Origin: Nemertoderma westbladi
Lineage: Eukaryota > Animalia > Xenacoelomorpha
Assembly: GCA_032718475.1 (NCBI GenBank)
Contig: JAUCBJ010006503.1
Coordinates: forward strand, 1 to 33,793
Reading direction: 5' to 3'
Length of the DNA stretch: 33,793 nt
Shown piece by piece: positions 22,210 to 33,793 of the stretch. Under the pieces are notes generated by a model that was not told where the DNA came from, did no database searches, and saw only the letters and a list, made by a program, of their open reading frames with translations. The stretch's first letter is position 1. Each line of letters begins with the position of its first letter. A program made the position numbers and the translations under genes.

Positions 22210-24297
22210 TTATTTCGGGAAACCATAGTATTGAGGGGGTCGGACTGTGCGTCCGGAACGAGTGGCTGGTTTCGGCGGTTGGGTCGGGGTCTCGGGGGTT
22301 GGTGAAGCGATCTCGGCCCAGGTCGGGGGTGCTTCCGGGGGCGGAGTCGCTGGTTCCGGTACATTTAGGGGCGCGGTCGGCGGACTCGGAGTCGGTGTGG
22401 TGGCCCCTCCTTCCGAGGTGGTGCGGGGTCGGAGGAAGACTCGGTTGCGTCGGAGTACGCTGCCACTCTCCTGGCGGACCATGTAGTCGTGGTTCGGGAG
22501 CGCTTCGACGACTACGCCTTGGCCCGTCCAACGCTTGGTGATGGTATTCTGGACGAGGACAGGTGTCCCTATGGATATAACACGGAGGGGCCGAGTGCGG
22601 AGGTCGTAGGCCGCACGTAGGCTGCGTTTGGATTTTTCGGCGACCTCGTCCAGTTGTTGGAAGCTCCTCCTCCATTTGGGGTCGAATGAGGAGGAATGTG
22701 CCGGCAGGGCTTCCCGTATGTTGCGCCCATACAGTAGTTCTGCAGGCGAGCGCCCGCCGTATCGCGGAGTATTCCGAAACGCGAGTATACCTTGCGCGAT
22801 TCCGTCGACATCGTGGTTGGTCCCTCGAACGATTCGTTTCATCGCTTTCACGGCGGCTTCGGCACGGCCGTTGGTGCGGGGGAGGTATGGGGACGATGGG
22901 TCGAAGTGGACCCCCCAGTTTTTAAGGAAGGTCCTCACCGCCTCTGAACCGAACTGGGGGCCGCCGTCGGGATGGAACTCCTGGGGGACGGCGGTAGCTA
23001 GAAATAGACGTCGGAGGTTCATGATGATGGCAGCCGAGGTTGTATCGGAACCAAGTCGGAACAAAGTGGGCCAACCGGTGTATTCGTCGGTAGCGACCAT
23101 GTAGTTCGTGCTGTCCGCCACGAATAGGTCGGCGTGGACCCTTTGGAACGGCCGAGTGGCTTCGGGGTGTCGTTGGAGGGGTTCCGGTGCTTGGGACGGT
23201 AGTGACGACTGACAGGATTGACAGCTCTCGATGGTGACCGCAATGTCGTTCGAAATGGTCGGCCACCAGACCGACCGACTTGCGCGCTCACGGGTCTTGT
23301 TGAGGCCCTGGTGGGCGGCGTGGAGTAGTCGGAGGGTGTTGGAGCGGAGTTCCTTCGGGATGTAGATCCGCGGCCCGTGGAGGATGACGCCATCGTGTAC
23401 CATGAGGTCCGTGCGGTGCTGGAAGTAGGGTCGCAGGTCGTCGTTGGTAATGTTATGACGTGACGTCGGCCAGCCGTCCCGGATCGTGGCGAGGAGAGCC
23501 GAGTAGATCGGGTCGACGGCGCCGGCGGCTCGGAGTTCGTCGAGTCGGGCGTCGCGGGCGTCGAGTGTCTGCGCTGTCTCAGCGAGAGCCGCCGAGACGA
23601 TGAACTCGCGGTCGTTGTTGTCGTCGGCCGCGAGGACGAGGTCATCCGGAGTGGGTTTATTTCGCGGCGAGCGGGAGAATGCGTCGGCGACGAGGTGCCG
23701 GGATCCTTTCTGATGGCGGGCAGTGAAGTTAAACCGCGATAGAGCCGTTTTTAATTTTAAGAGACGGTCATTTGAGACCTGGTCGAGCCGTCTATCATTC
23801 AGGATGGGTATGAGGGGGCTACAGTCCGTGACGAGGTCGAAGTGGTTTAGCCCATCCAGGAAGTAGCGGCACTTGTGTGCCGCCCAGGCCGCTCCGAGGG
23901 CCTCCAGTTCGGCCATCCCGGACCAGTTAGCCTCGTGTTTGGCGAGGGTCCGAGAGCCGCACTGGATGGTCAGCCAGCGGTTTGGAGTCGGGTCCCATTG
24001 GCGTAGGAGGAATCCAAGGCCATTGAGTCGAGAGGCGTCTGTCAGCAGTTCGGTTTTCCTGTTGGGGTGGAAGCCGGAGAGGTAGAGTGGGCTGGACAGT
24101 GCTGATCGGGTGGACTCGAAGGCGGTCTGGTGTTGTGGCAGCCAAACCCAGGTGGTGCGGTCCGTGTTGAGGCTGCGCAGTGGCTCGACGAGTTGGGAAA
24201 TCTCCGGAGTCGAGTTTCCCAACTGTTGTGCGAGGCCGAGGAAGGACCGGAGTTCGCGACGGTTGGTTGGAACCGGAAAGTTACGGAGGTCGTCGGT
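22210..24297 (-). mobile_element. pol: Ty3/Gypsy LTR-retrotransposon pol fragment (RT thumb/connection, RNase H, integrase), 5'-truncated
   Basis: ELRSFLGL connection; RNase H TDAS..ELE..VTD..VADAFSR; integrase zinc finger HAAH..CQSC; DDE core HADLF/PDGGPQF/NGRAEAAVK; RT-RH-IN order; C-terminal TRSGR..RPP motif. Confidence 0.95.
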
Positions 24298-24374
24298 CTG
24301 TTTGTACCTTGCTAATTTACTTATTTACTTTCCTCGTTTCCCAACAGTTCTCAAGTTAGTTTCCCTATGTAGTT

Positions 24375-24570
24375 CGAAACGCAAAACCCGCCTAGGCGAA
24401 TATCCCGCCTCAATGTTGAATTCTCAATTTAGGGAAAGGAGCAGGTTACAGTGGCACGTTATTTTAACCAAAACAATAAACTAAACACAATAGAACAGGT
24501 TACAGTTTTATTTTTGAGAGTAATCATCTTTTATTTGCGTCAAATTTACCCTGGAGAGGGATGAATTTAT
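24375..24570 (+). repeat. Dispersed repeat family copy 3 (longest)
   Basis: Matches 5241-5335 and 8800-8995 (inverted) and 29095-29200 (direct). Confidence 0.8.
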
Positions 24571-25331
24571 GTTGCGTTTTAATATTTGCCTTACTAGGAG
24601 TATCAACATCTTTTAATATAAAATCGTACACAATGTCTAGTTGTTCCGTTGCAATTTGCAAAGTGTATCCGAGAAGGAGTCTCACCAGTGCGTTTTATGT
24701 GAATTGCTACTCGTTTCACCCTTGCGAGTTCCGGTGATGTTTTCACCATTATCAAAAGATTTTAAACTTAATAAAGAACCTGAGAGTCTGAGACAACGCA
24801 GTTCGGGGAGAATATTATATTCCTCTCTCCTAACTCGAGAAATCAGAGAATTTATCCATCAGTTCTGAATTGCTTTCCCTGCAAACAATTTAACGTTTAT
24901 AAATGCATTAATTTCTGACAATGCCAAAGTTAATTATTAACATGTAAAAAATACATATAAATTCTCGCTTATTACAAATACTCATTAAAAATGTTCAGAC
25001 ATTTTCGTCCATTTTATTCCATATATATAAAAGAAACAATAATTAAAACCGCGAAATCAATTAACTATGTACTTAATTATTCTACAGGCTAACCTAACCC
25101 ACATTGTCTTGTAGACCCACTGTATTAATATATAGACAACAGACCTACAACACTGTAATAGTATTATAAGTAAAGGCGACGATTATGTGAAGTTAATATT
25201 ACTACTACTGTATTAAGTTAACTATAATTTATAACTGCACTAGTAACAACTGTAATTAACAAATGAACAATATTATAATAATAGCTGTTTAGGTTAATGT
25301 TCCTAAATTACATTTGAGTAATTGAGCACAA

Positions 25332-25914
25332 ATATACACGTTCGTGGGGCCTTCGCGCAGCACAAGAGCCTATATTAGAAAGTACATTATACTAATCTCT
25401 ATTAGATATACGAAAACTGCCTTTCCTAAAATATATATGAGTAAAGGCGATGCTATCAGTTTGTGATAAACTAGTTGTAAAAATAGAGATCCATTTCAGT
25501 TTGCCCTTACACACTTTAACTGTCATTTGTAAACCTTCTAACTAGGGCTATTTAAGTTAAGTATGATATTTTTAGTTTTACAATACTCTTCTAATTCATT
25601 ATCCTCGTTGCGCTCGTCCTGTTTTGTCTTAAAATAATTTCCCTAAACGGAGACTAACGACCTTTATAACTATGCAAAGTCTCGAATCTGTGAGAGTAAC
25701 TGCCGATTTATGGCAGATGGATACTCGTAAACTGTAAACTCGTTGCGTTCGTTCATTTTTGACTTTTGCCGGACTACATGCGTACCAAGTTTCGTTTAAT
25801 TTCAACAAGGAATAATCGAGTTATTAGCGATCAAAATTTACGACGACGACGACAGACAACTCGTTAATGGCACCCATATGCTAAGGCTTTGCTCACTTCG
25901 TGGCTCGCCCCACA
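25332..25914 (-). mobile_element. HINE/DINE-1-like element, copy 2 (longer, opposite orientation)
   Basis: 25770-25914 is the reverse complement of ~14573-14730; 25332-25363 is the reverse complement of 14876-14907. Confidence 0.7.
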
Positions 25915-25994
25915 GGGTATTACAGTAGTATGTCAGTCACAGTCTAATTATATTATTAATTGTGTCCCTTCAGTTTAGTCTAAAATGTCAAAGA

Positions 25995-26285
25995 GCCCAC
26001 CTGGAGATGGGCCAGCAGTGGCCATCACCGAAGCTCCGCATTCCTAACCAAGATGGCCACCAGGATCCGTTGGAGGGGGAACCTGTGCGACCTTGTTTCA
26101 TGGGTCACAGAATGGAGGCGAGAACCGATCTCCCGGAGGAAGACGGCTGTCTCGGGCCCGGGGCGTCCCAGGGTCTCAAGGGCCACAGGATGAAAGATGT
26201 GGCCCCTCTCCATTACCTCACCGTAGGTTGCGTTCTTCCCTCGCTCTGCCCCATCCGCAGTGCGGCCGCTTGCAACGAGTGTTGA
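25995..26285 (-). mobile_element. 3' fragment of a CRE-clade (restriction-like endonuclease) non-LTR retrotransposon
   Basis: Frame reads ADGAERGKNATYGEVMERGHIFHPVALETLGRPGPETAVFLREIGSRL...LQRILVAILVRNA, matching the AE..K..Y / F.P.A.ET.G / QR...A..RGNA pattern of the CRE C-terminal domain. Confidence 0.75.
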
Positions 26286-26296
26286 CTAGAGGTGAC

Positions 26297-28483
26297 TCGG
26301 ACCTTCCCCCATTCGGACCTTCCCCCATTCGGACCTCCGTCCCATTCGGACCTCCGTCCCATTCGGACCTCCGTCCCATTCGGACCTCCGTCCCATTCGG
26401 ACCTCCGTCCCATTCGGACCTCCATCCCATTCGGAGCTCCGTCCCATTCGGAACTCCGTCCCATTCTGACCTCCTTTCCATTCTGACCTTCGTCCCATTC
26501 TGACCTTCGTCCCATTCTGACCTTCGTCCCATTCGGACCTCCGTCCTATTCGGACCTCCGTCCCATTCGGACCACCGTCCCATTCGGACCTCCGTCCCAT
26601 TCGGACCTCCGTCCCATTCGGACCTCCGTACTATTCGGACCTCCGTCCCATTCGGAGCTCCGTCCCATTCGGACCTCCGTCCCATTCGGACCACCGTCCC
26701 ATTCGGACCTCCGTCCCATTCGGACCTCCGTCCCATTCTGACCTTCGTCCCATTCGGACCTCCGTCCTATTCGGACCTCCGTCCTATTCGGACCTCCGTC
26801 CTATTCGGACCTCCGTCCCATTCGGACCTTCCCCCATTCGGACCTCCGTCCCATTCGGACCTCCGTCCCATTCGGACCTCCGTCCCATTCGGACCTCCAT
26901 CCCATTCGGAGCTCCGTCCCATTCGGAACTCCGTCCCATTCTGACCTTCGTCCCATTCTGACCTTCGTCCCATTCTGACCTTCGTCCCATTCGGACCTCC
27001 GTCCTATTCGGACCTCCGTCCCATTCGGACCACCGTCCCATTCGGACCTCCGTCCCATTCGGACCTCCGTCCCATTCGGACCTCCGTACTATTCGGACCT
27101 CCGTCCCATTCGGAGCTCCGTCCCATTCGGACCTCCGTCCCATTCGGACCACCGTCCCATTCGGACCTCCGTCCCATTCGGACCTCCGTCCCATTCTGAC
27201 CTTCGTCCCATTCGGACCTCCGTCCTATTCGGACCTCCGTCCTATTCGGACCTCCGTCCTATTCGGACCTCCGTCCCATTCGGACCACCGTCCCATTCGG
27301 ACCTCCGTCCCATTCGGACCTCCGTCCCATTCGGACCACCGTCCCATTCGGACCTCCGTCCCATTCGGACCACCGTCCCATTCGGACCTCCGTCCCATTC
27401 GGACTACCGTCCCATTCGGACCTCCGTCCCATTCGGACCTCCGTCCCATTCGGACCTCCGTCCCATTCGGACCTCCGTCCCATTCGGACCTCCGTCCCAT
27501 TCGGACCTCCGTCCCATTCGGACCTCCGTCCTATTCGGACCTTCGTCCCATTCGGACCTCCGTCCCATTCGGACCTCCGTCCCATTCGGACCTCCATCCC
27601 ATTCGGACCTCCGTCCTATTCGGACCTCCGTCCTATTCGGACCTCCGTCCCATTCGGACCACCGTCCCATTCGGACCTCCGTCCCATTCGGACCTCCGTC
27701 CCATTCGGACCACCGTCCCATTCGGACCTCCGTCCCATTCGGACCACCGTCCCATTCGGACCTCCGTCCCATTCGGACCTCCGTCCCATTCGGACCACCG
27801 TCCCATTCGGACCTCCGTCCCATTCGGACCTCCGTCCCATTCGGACCTCCGTCCCATTCGGACCTCCGTCCCATTCGGACCTCCGTCCCATTCGGACCTC
27901 CGTCCCATTCGGACCTCCGTCCTATTCGGACCTTCGTCCCATTCGGACCTCCGTCCCATTCGGACCTCCGTCCCATTCGGACCACCGTCCCATTCGGACC
28001 TCCGTCCCATTCGGACCTCCGTCCCATTCGGACCTCCGTCCCATTCGGACCTCCGTCCTATTCGGACCTCCGTCCCATTCGGACCTCCGTCCCATTCGGA
28101 CCACCGTCCCATTCGGACCTCCGTCCCATTCGGACCTCCGTCCCATTCGGACCTCCGTCCCATTCGGACCTCCGTCCTATTCGGACCTCCGTCCCATTCG
28201 GACCTCCGTCCTATTCGGACCTTCGTCCCATTCGGACCTCCGTCCCATTCGAACCTCCGTCCCATTCGGACCTCCATCCCATTCGGACCTCCGTCCTATT
28301 CGGACCTCCGTCCTATTCGGACCTCCGTCCCATTTGGACCACCGTCCCATTCGGACCTCCGTCCCATTCGGACCTCCGTCCCATTCGGACCACCGTCCCA
28401 TTCGGACCTCCGTCCCATTCGGACCACCGTCCCATTCGGACCTCCGTCCCATTTGGACCTCGGTCCCAATCGGACTTTCGTCC
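26297..28483. repeat. 17-bp tandem satellite (~128 copies)
   Basis: Unit TTCGGACCTCCGTCCCA with minor variants; all MGRRSEWDGGPNGTEVR ORFs derive from it. Confidence 0.98.
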
Positions 28484-29094
28484 TGGAACCAATGCTGACT
28501 AGGATCAAAAGTTTTAAAATAATATTAAAAAATTTCAATTTAACGTAAAATACTGTAACAATGCGGATAGTACTAGATCGTGACAACAGTCAAAAACAGG
28601 CGAAAACAGTTGGAATTTAGGGGAAACAGTCGAAAACAGTTACGATAGATCGTTTAAAAATAATCATCCATGCATCCAGTTGAAAATATATATTGAAGTT
28701 AACTTGGTGTAATAATAGATTTAAAATTTAGTGGCATTTATAATGTCACTAACTTAAGTTATTCCCCATTAAAAACTGTTTAAAATAACAATACAATGGT
28801 GGGCTATGTAAAAAAATATCTGAATTCGCCCTAGGGAAAATAACCAGTTATTAATCCTATCCCGCTTTTGGTAGCTTAGTTACAGCCAATCAATTAGAAT
28901 ATAATAATAAAATATAAAATATTTGCATATTAATAGGTTTCATGCACTAGCTACCATGGTTACAGTTCACAACCGCTTTGTTTAGAACTTATTACAGAGT
29001 TGCTGCAAGCAGATTATCCCGTAAGACAGCGACAGTAATGTACAGAGTGGCCTTCCATACGTGGAATGTAGTTACGTATAGACGTATAATATAC

Positions 29095-29200
29095 GTTACA
29101 TTATTCTAACCAAAACAATAAATTAAACACAATAGAACAGGTTACAGTTGTATTATTAGAAGTAATCAGCTGTTATTTGCGTCGATTATGCCCTGGGGCG
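29095..29200 (+). repeat. Dispersed repeat family copy 4
   Basis: TTATTCTAACCAAAACAATAAATTAAACACAATAGAACAGGTTACAGTT is nearly identical to ~24459-24508. Confidence 0.8.
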
Positions 29201-30017
29201 GTATAAAAGTATAACTTTTATTCGGCCGTTAGGCAAGGGATTACGTGCAAAGTCAGGCGACTTATTTCCACTGCGGGCCCCCTCGAACTATACTCCCCAG
29301 AGGAATAGCCAGTACTAATTAGCTACCATTTAAGGATGCAAGCAAAAATGCGCCCTTGTTACACCCGCTTTTTATTCCGTTGAAAGTCCCCTTATCTGTA
29401 GCTGGGAAATTAATCTGAGAAAGAGCTACTGTATTATGTTCTAACAACTGACACAAAAACTCAGTTATTCCAACGGCCTTCGGCCTCAATATTCAGACTA
29501 CAGCTTTTCAGCAGCCTACCGACGCGGCGACGCATATAGTACCAAACAACACACCGGTCGGGGTTTAGAAACCAACTCCTGGATCCCGTCACACTTCTGC
29601 GGCCTAAAATGCACATTTTAAGTGGCGATAAGCTAGTCTACTCCAAACTTAGTAAAACTTGGTAAACTTGCCAAATCCACACGCCACTACGTGTTCGATT
29701 CCCGTACAAAACATTGTTAAACAGCCAATAAAAGCTATTTTTCATTTTCCTAACCCAGCTGGTCTTTGTTGTGACGTAAACAATGACACCTGGGGGCTTT
29801 TTATTGGAAGTTGGTAAGCAACTGGCTATGACGTCATGATTTCTCAGATTTCTTGGAATCAGCTAGGCCGGAAGTTCATTGTTCAGTTTTGCTGGTAGTG
29901 GCAAGACGGTTTATGCCAAGTTAATATCTTGGCCAAATTCGTAAAATCATAGTCAGTTATCAAATGGCTGAAGCCGCGAAGTGCTGTATACAATAACGGG
30001 ACCATTGAGGGAATTAG

Positions 30018-30136
30018 GCACGTTACAGAGGCTGTCTTTTCTAACCAAAACATTCAATTATCTCGTTAACAACAGGGAAAGGGGCAGGTTACAGAAGCAA
30101 GCTTTTCTAACCAAAGCAATTCACGATCTCGTTAAC
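30018..30136 (+). repeat. Dispersed repeat family copy 5 (diverged, two tandem sub-units)
   Basis: GTTACAGA...TTTTCTAACCAAA-CA-TTCA...ATCTCGTTAAC occurs twice; AGGGAAAGGGGCAGGTTACAG matches ~24431. Confidence 0.6.
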
Positions 30137-32014
30137 TATACTTAAACAATGGTGTAAGTAAACTGTCAAATGTGAATGTCTCCCATATTTAAAAGAGCTA
30201 AACATTATGAAACATTAACAACAAGCTCTTGAAGATTACATCTTCAAACACGGTTGTTTGCCTTTAATTTAAATGTAGGCTCCCCTATATGAAAATAAAA
30301 CATTATAATATACCGTATCCGTATGCTATTATAGAATAAAAATACACATTAACACAACATGTTATATAGGCCTATGCCTACTGTATATTCTTATTACATT
30401 ACATTACTATTAAGCTACAGAATGCAACCCCATTGTGTTACAAAGAATCATCATCAATGGTTCTCACAATAATTCTAAGTTAAACATACAGTAGCTTACT
30501 GCTACTGTATGTCTAACTTAATTATTGATTATAAAATAACATACTTGGACTGTTAGCTCTAAACATAATAACATTACTGGCTACATAAAATGAGCCCAAG
30601 GTAGTCTTACATTATACATTATGCATCCATTAATTACACCATGTCAATGGGGGGTCGTCATCGTAACAGAGTATATTGCTTCAACTCTTATACTAAACTA
30701 ACAATATTGACCGACCGATCTGCCTCGTTACGTTACCTAACTAGGACCCCAAACAGCACAACCTAATAACTCAATTTGTACCCCAGTATTAATTACACCT
30801 ATCAGTGGACACCAAGACTAATTACAACAGAATGCTGGGATCATTGACAGATTAATTAAAACTAGATAGATCTACCACCGGTAGGTGGTAGATCTACATA
30901 TACGCCAAACATATAGCAGTGAAATTCTAACCAAGCGTCTGGCACGGCGGAATGCCTTAAATATACTCATATACCTCAGGGGGGTAGTCTACAGTATAAC
31001 ATTGCAGAAGAGCACCAATGTATTGTATTGAGGGATGATTGCTAGTCGCATATATTGGACGTCTTGGATAGAGGGTATGCCAATACAGCCAAGATCATAA
31101 GGGAAACTACGGTAACTAAAATTACTATGGGAACTATCCTCGATACGCCTAACAGTAGGCCTATCAAGATGTATGCGTGTAATATTAGAAAGTCTATTTT
31201 GGTGGAAATTCATTATGGCTATTACGCAGCAGTTTCTCTATGTGAGGCCTAATGCTATATATTTTTAAGTATAGTTTTTGGCTTTGGCCGCTACCACAAG
31301 GAGACTGATTGGTATACCATGTAAACTATGATGGATCGACCGAATTTAAAATTTTGCCGAACCGGAACCGATCAGCGAGCGAACTATCAGCTTTGAGGCG
31401 TCCCTTTGCACAACTTTTCCGACTAGATACCTTATTTACAGTTTGCCAGGTAGACCTTGATTCTTGCTGTATGTGAGCAGTTGTAATTTATTCAATCTTG
31501 TCCTGTATGTACTGTACTTTTCCCGGACGTTTGGTCGGCCGCTATAAGATCTTCTTTAGCTTTTTCAACCTGTTGATGTTTCCGTTTTCGGTTGCTGGTT
31601 GTTCAGTTTTTACTTTGTAGACAATCGTAAATCTCTCTTACAAGTAGAGCAAGACAAGATGGCAAGACCTCAGAATCTTTCCATAGTACATACTGTTTCC
31701 GTTTGGGTTTCTGGGGATGAGGAATATGCCTTTTGACAGATTCCTTGTTGGCTTTTACTGTGGTAGAGACTGGTCTTAATTTTAAGTTACGTATTTTTCT
31801 AAGGTCAATGCATTTAAATATATCGTACATTGGTTTTAACCTGGTGCAGATTGTTGTTGCCCTTTACACATCATAATAAAGGTCAATATTTTACAAACCT
31901 TGCGGCAATGGGTACATAATTACTTTGATATGTTAAACAACCAATGCCAATCAGTTCTGAAAAAAGTAATTGGCGCAGTTTTTGGGTCTATGATATATAG
32001 TTGTAGGGTTTTGC

Positions 32015-33793
32015 GCAGTGGGTGTTCAAGAGCACCGAATGAGACTGGACAGACTGATGAGGTTCTGATTAAGGTGAGGGGCGGTTGGCGACTCGCCATC
32101 GCATCAGCAGATGATAGTGGCAATGGTGGAATTGGTCTATTGATGAATCCAACTGCATATGCAGCATTGGACAAAATAGACCAAATCTCTAACCGCATCA
32201 TCCGTTGCCACTTCTCATGTTCTGGAAGACTGGCTAAGAAGTTTCCTAAGGTGGTTCTGATTGTGTGCTTCTCTCCAACTAGTGTTGCTCCTGTAGAGGA
32301 GGTGGAAAATTCTACCACAATCTATAAGCAGCTACTGATGGAGTGGATCAGCATGCATTCTTAACATTCCTGGGAGACTTTAATGCAAGTCTGCATCAAT
32401 CACCTACATCGCCCTGGGTCTATAGCAATAGTGTTAACCGGAATTCCGTCCATCTTCAGGATTTTATCTCTGGAAATGGATTGTTTTCGGCTGGAACCCA
32501 GATCAAGAATCGTACTGGAAAGCTATGGACTCATAGTGGACCCAGTGGTCACAAGTCCCAGATAGACCATATCCTGATTCGTAGGAAATACAGGAGCTCT
32601 ATACAAGACTGTAATGCATTTACACTTCGACCCTTCTCCAGTGATCACCGCCTTATTGTGGCCAAGGTAAGACTTAGTCTGCGTGCTAGCAGAACAACGA
32701 AATTTGTCTTGCCGCGGCATGACTGGTCCTCTCTGTTGCAACAGCCAAGTGTGAGATCCAGCTTCACACTACAGCTGAGCAACAGGTATGAGGTTCTTGC
32801 CTCTGAGGCGGCAGTTCACTGTGAGGGCTATACTGCCTTCACAGAAGCAGTTAAATTAGTAGCTGCAGAAACAGTTCCTGTATATCCTCGAAACAGGAAA
32901 AGGGCCCCCTGGACTGACAACAAAATTCAGAAGTGCCGAAATGACCTCTATAAGGCGCAGAAAGAGTCCCGACTCAAACAGACTACAGCGGCCAAGAATG
33001 CAGTTAAGGCTGCATCACCAGCCGATCGCCTCAATGGTTGGAAGGCCCACTTTGAAAAGCTCCTCAATAATGACAGGGTATTGCCAGATAACTTTATAGA
33101 AGTAACAGTGTCTGAGTCTGTACTCCCAGATATTTTTTGGCGATATCTCCTTTGCAGAAGTGAAGGCTGCTGCAAAGAGCATTAAGACCAATCGTGCCAG
33201 TGGAGTAGATGGTGTCTCCCCCCTGAGGTCTTTAAAATACCTGAGTGTTTAAAGCTCATATATCCCATCATAGTAGACATGTACCGAACAGCAAGAGTCC
33301 CACAAGAAATGAAAACAAATGAGTTGGTGCCAGTTCCCAAGAAGGGCAATCTAACACTCTATGGTTCTTTTCGGGGAATCTCATTGATCTCGATTGCTGC
33401 AAAGATATACAATAGAATTCTATTAAATCGCGTCAGGGATCCCATTGAGAGACTGCTCCGTGGAAATCAGAATGGGTTCCATAAAGGTCGTGGGACCATG
33501 GAGCCCATTTTGGCACTTAGAAGGATAATTGAAGACTTATCAAAAAATAAAGTCAGGCATCTGGCTGTTATCTTCGTTGACTTCTTCAAGGCCTTTGATT
33601 CAGTCTCTCGCTCACGTATGTTCAGCATACTGTCATTATATGGGATTCCTGGTGAAATTATTGCAGCAATCAGATCAGTATACGATGGTTCGACAATATT
33701 TGTGTCTACTGTAGACGGTGACACAGAACCACTTGAAGTGTTGTGGGGCGTCCTCCAGGGAGATACACTTGCACCATTCTTGTTTATAATTGT
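32015..33793 (+). mobile_element. Decayed RTE-type LINE (AP endonuclease plus reverse transcriptase), frameshifted, runs off the window end
   Basis: APE motifs GVQEHR, GGIG, GDFNA, QIDHIL, SDH; RT motifs VPKKG, RGISL, QNGF, FVDFFKAFDSV, YGIP, GVLQGDTLAPFLF; split across frames. Confidence 0.92.

Noticed and set aside
19018-24484. Overlapping short ORFs on other frames of the 601-aa gene and of Gypsy pol
   Set aside because: Shadow ORFs of coding or GC-rich sequence with no independent motifs.
26093-28586. Many MGRRSEWDGGPNGTEVR ORFs; the array as a possible CRISPR
   Set aside because: Translations of a 17-bp satellite; there are no unique spacers and no cas genes, and the context is eukaryotic.
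31380-31870. Minus-strand coding-looking stretch (75-aa ORF at 31603-31830)
   Set aside because: No recognisable motif; may be a decayed transposon, but this cannot be supported without a search.

Overview
AT-rich, repeat-dense animal genomic DNA, not prokaryotic. The main gene is a three-exon posterior-class (Abd-B/PG9-14) Hox gene on the + strand: CDS 2660-3124, 5567-5714 and 9554-9825, spliced in frame to 294 aa, with an NW motif and an RKKRRPYT...WFQNRRMK homeodomain. From memory this homeodomain resembles the single posterior Hox of acoels/xenacoelomorphs, and no other homeobox is evident in the window. A ~2.1 kb 36-bp minisatellite begins exactly at the exon-2 splice donor and repeats the GTGAGT donor in phase about 58 times. 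Intron 1 holds a cluster of Pbx/posterior-Hox composite sites. Downstream, on the - strand, is an uninterrupted 601-aa orphan-like ORF with four I/V-x-x-R-L repeats, preceded by RFX X-box and Forkhead motifs. The rest is mobile DNA: hAT-, P-, piggyBac- and Sola-like MITEs, two HINE/Helentron-like copies, an LTR-less Gypsy pol fragment, a CRE retrotransposon fragment, a decayed RTE-type LINE, a five-copy dispersed repeat, and 37-bp and 17-bp tandem arrays. Everything was read by eye and no database searches were run.
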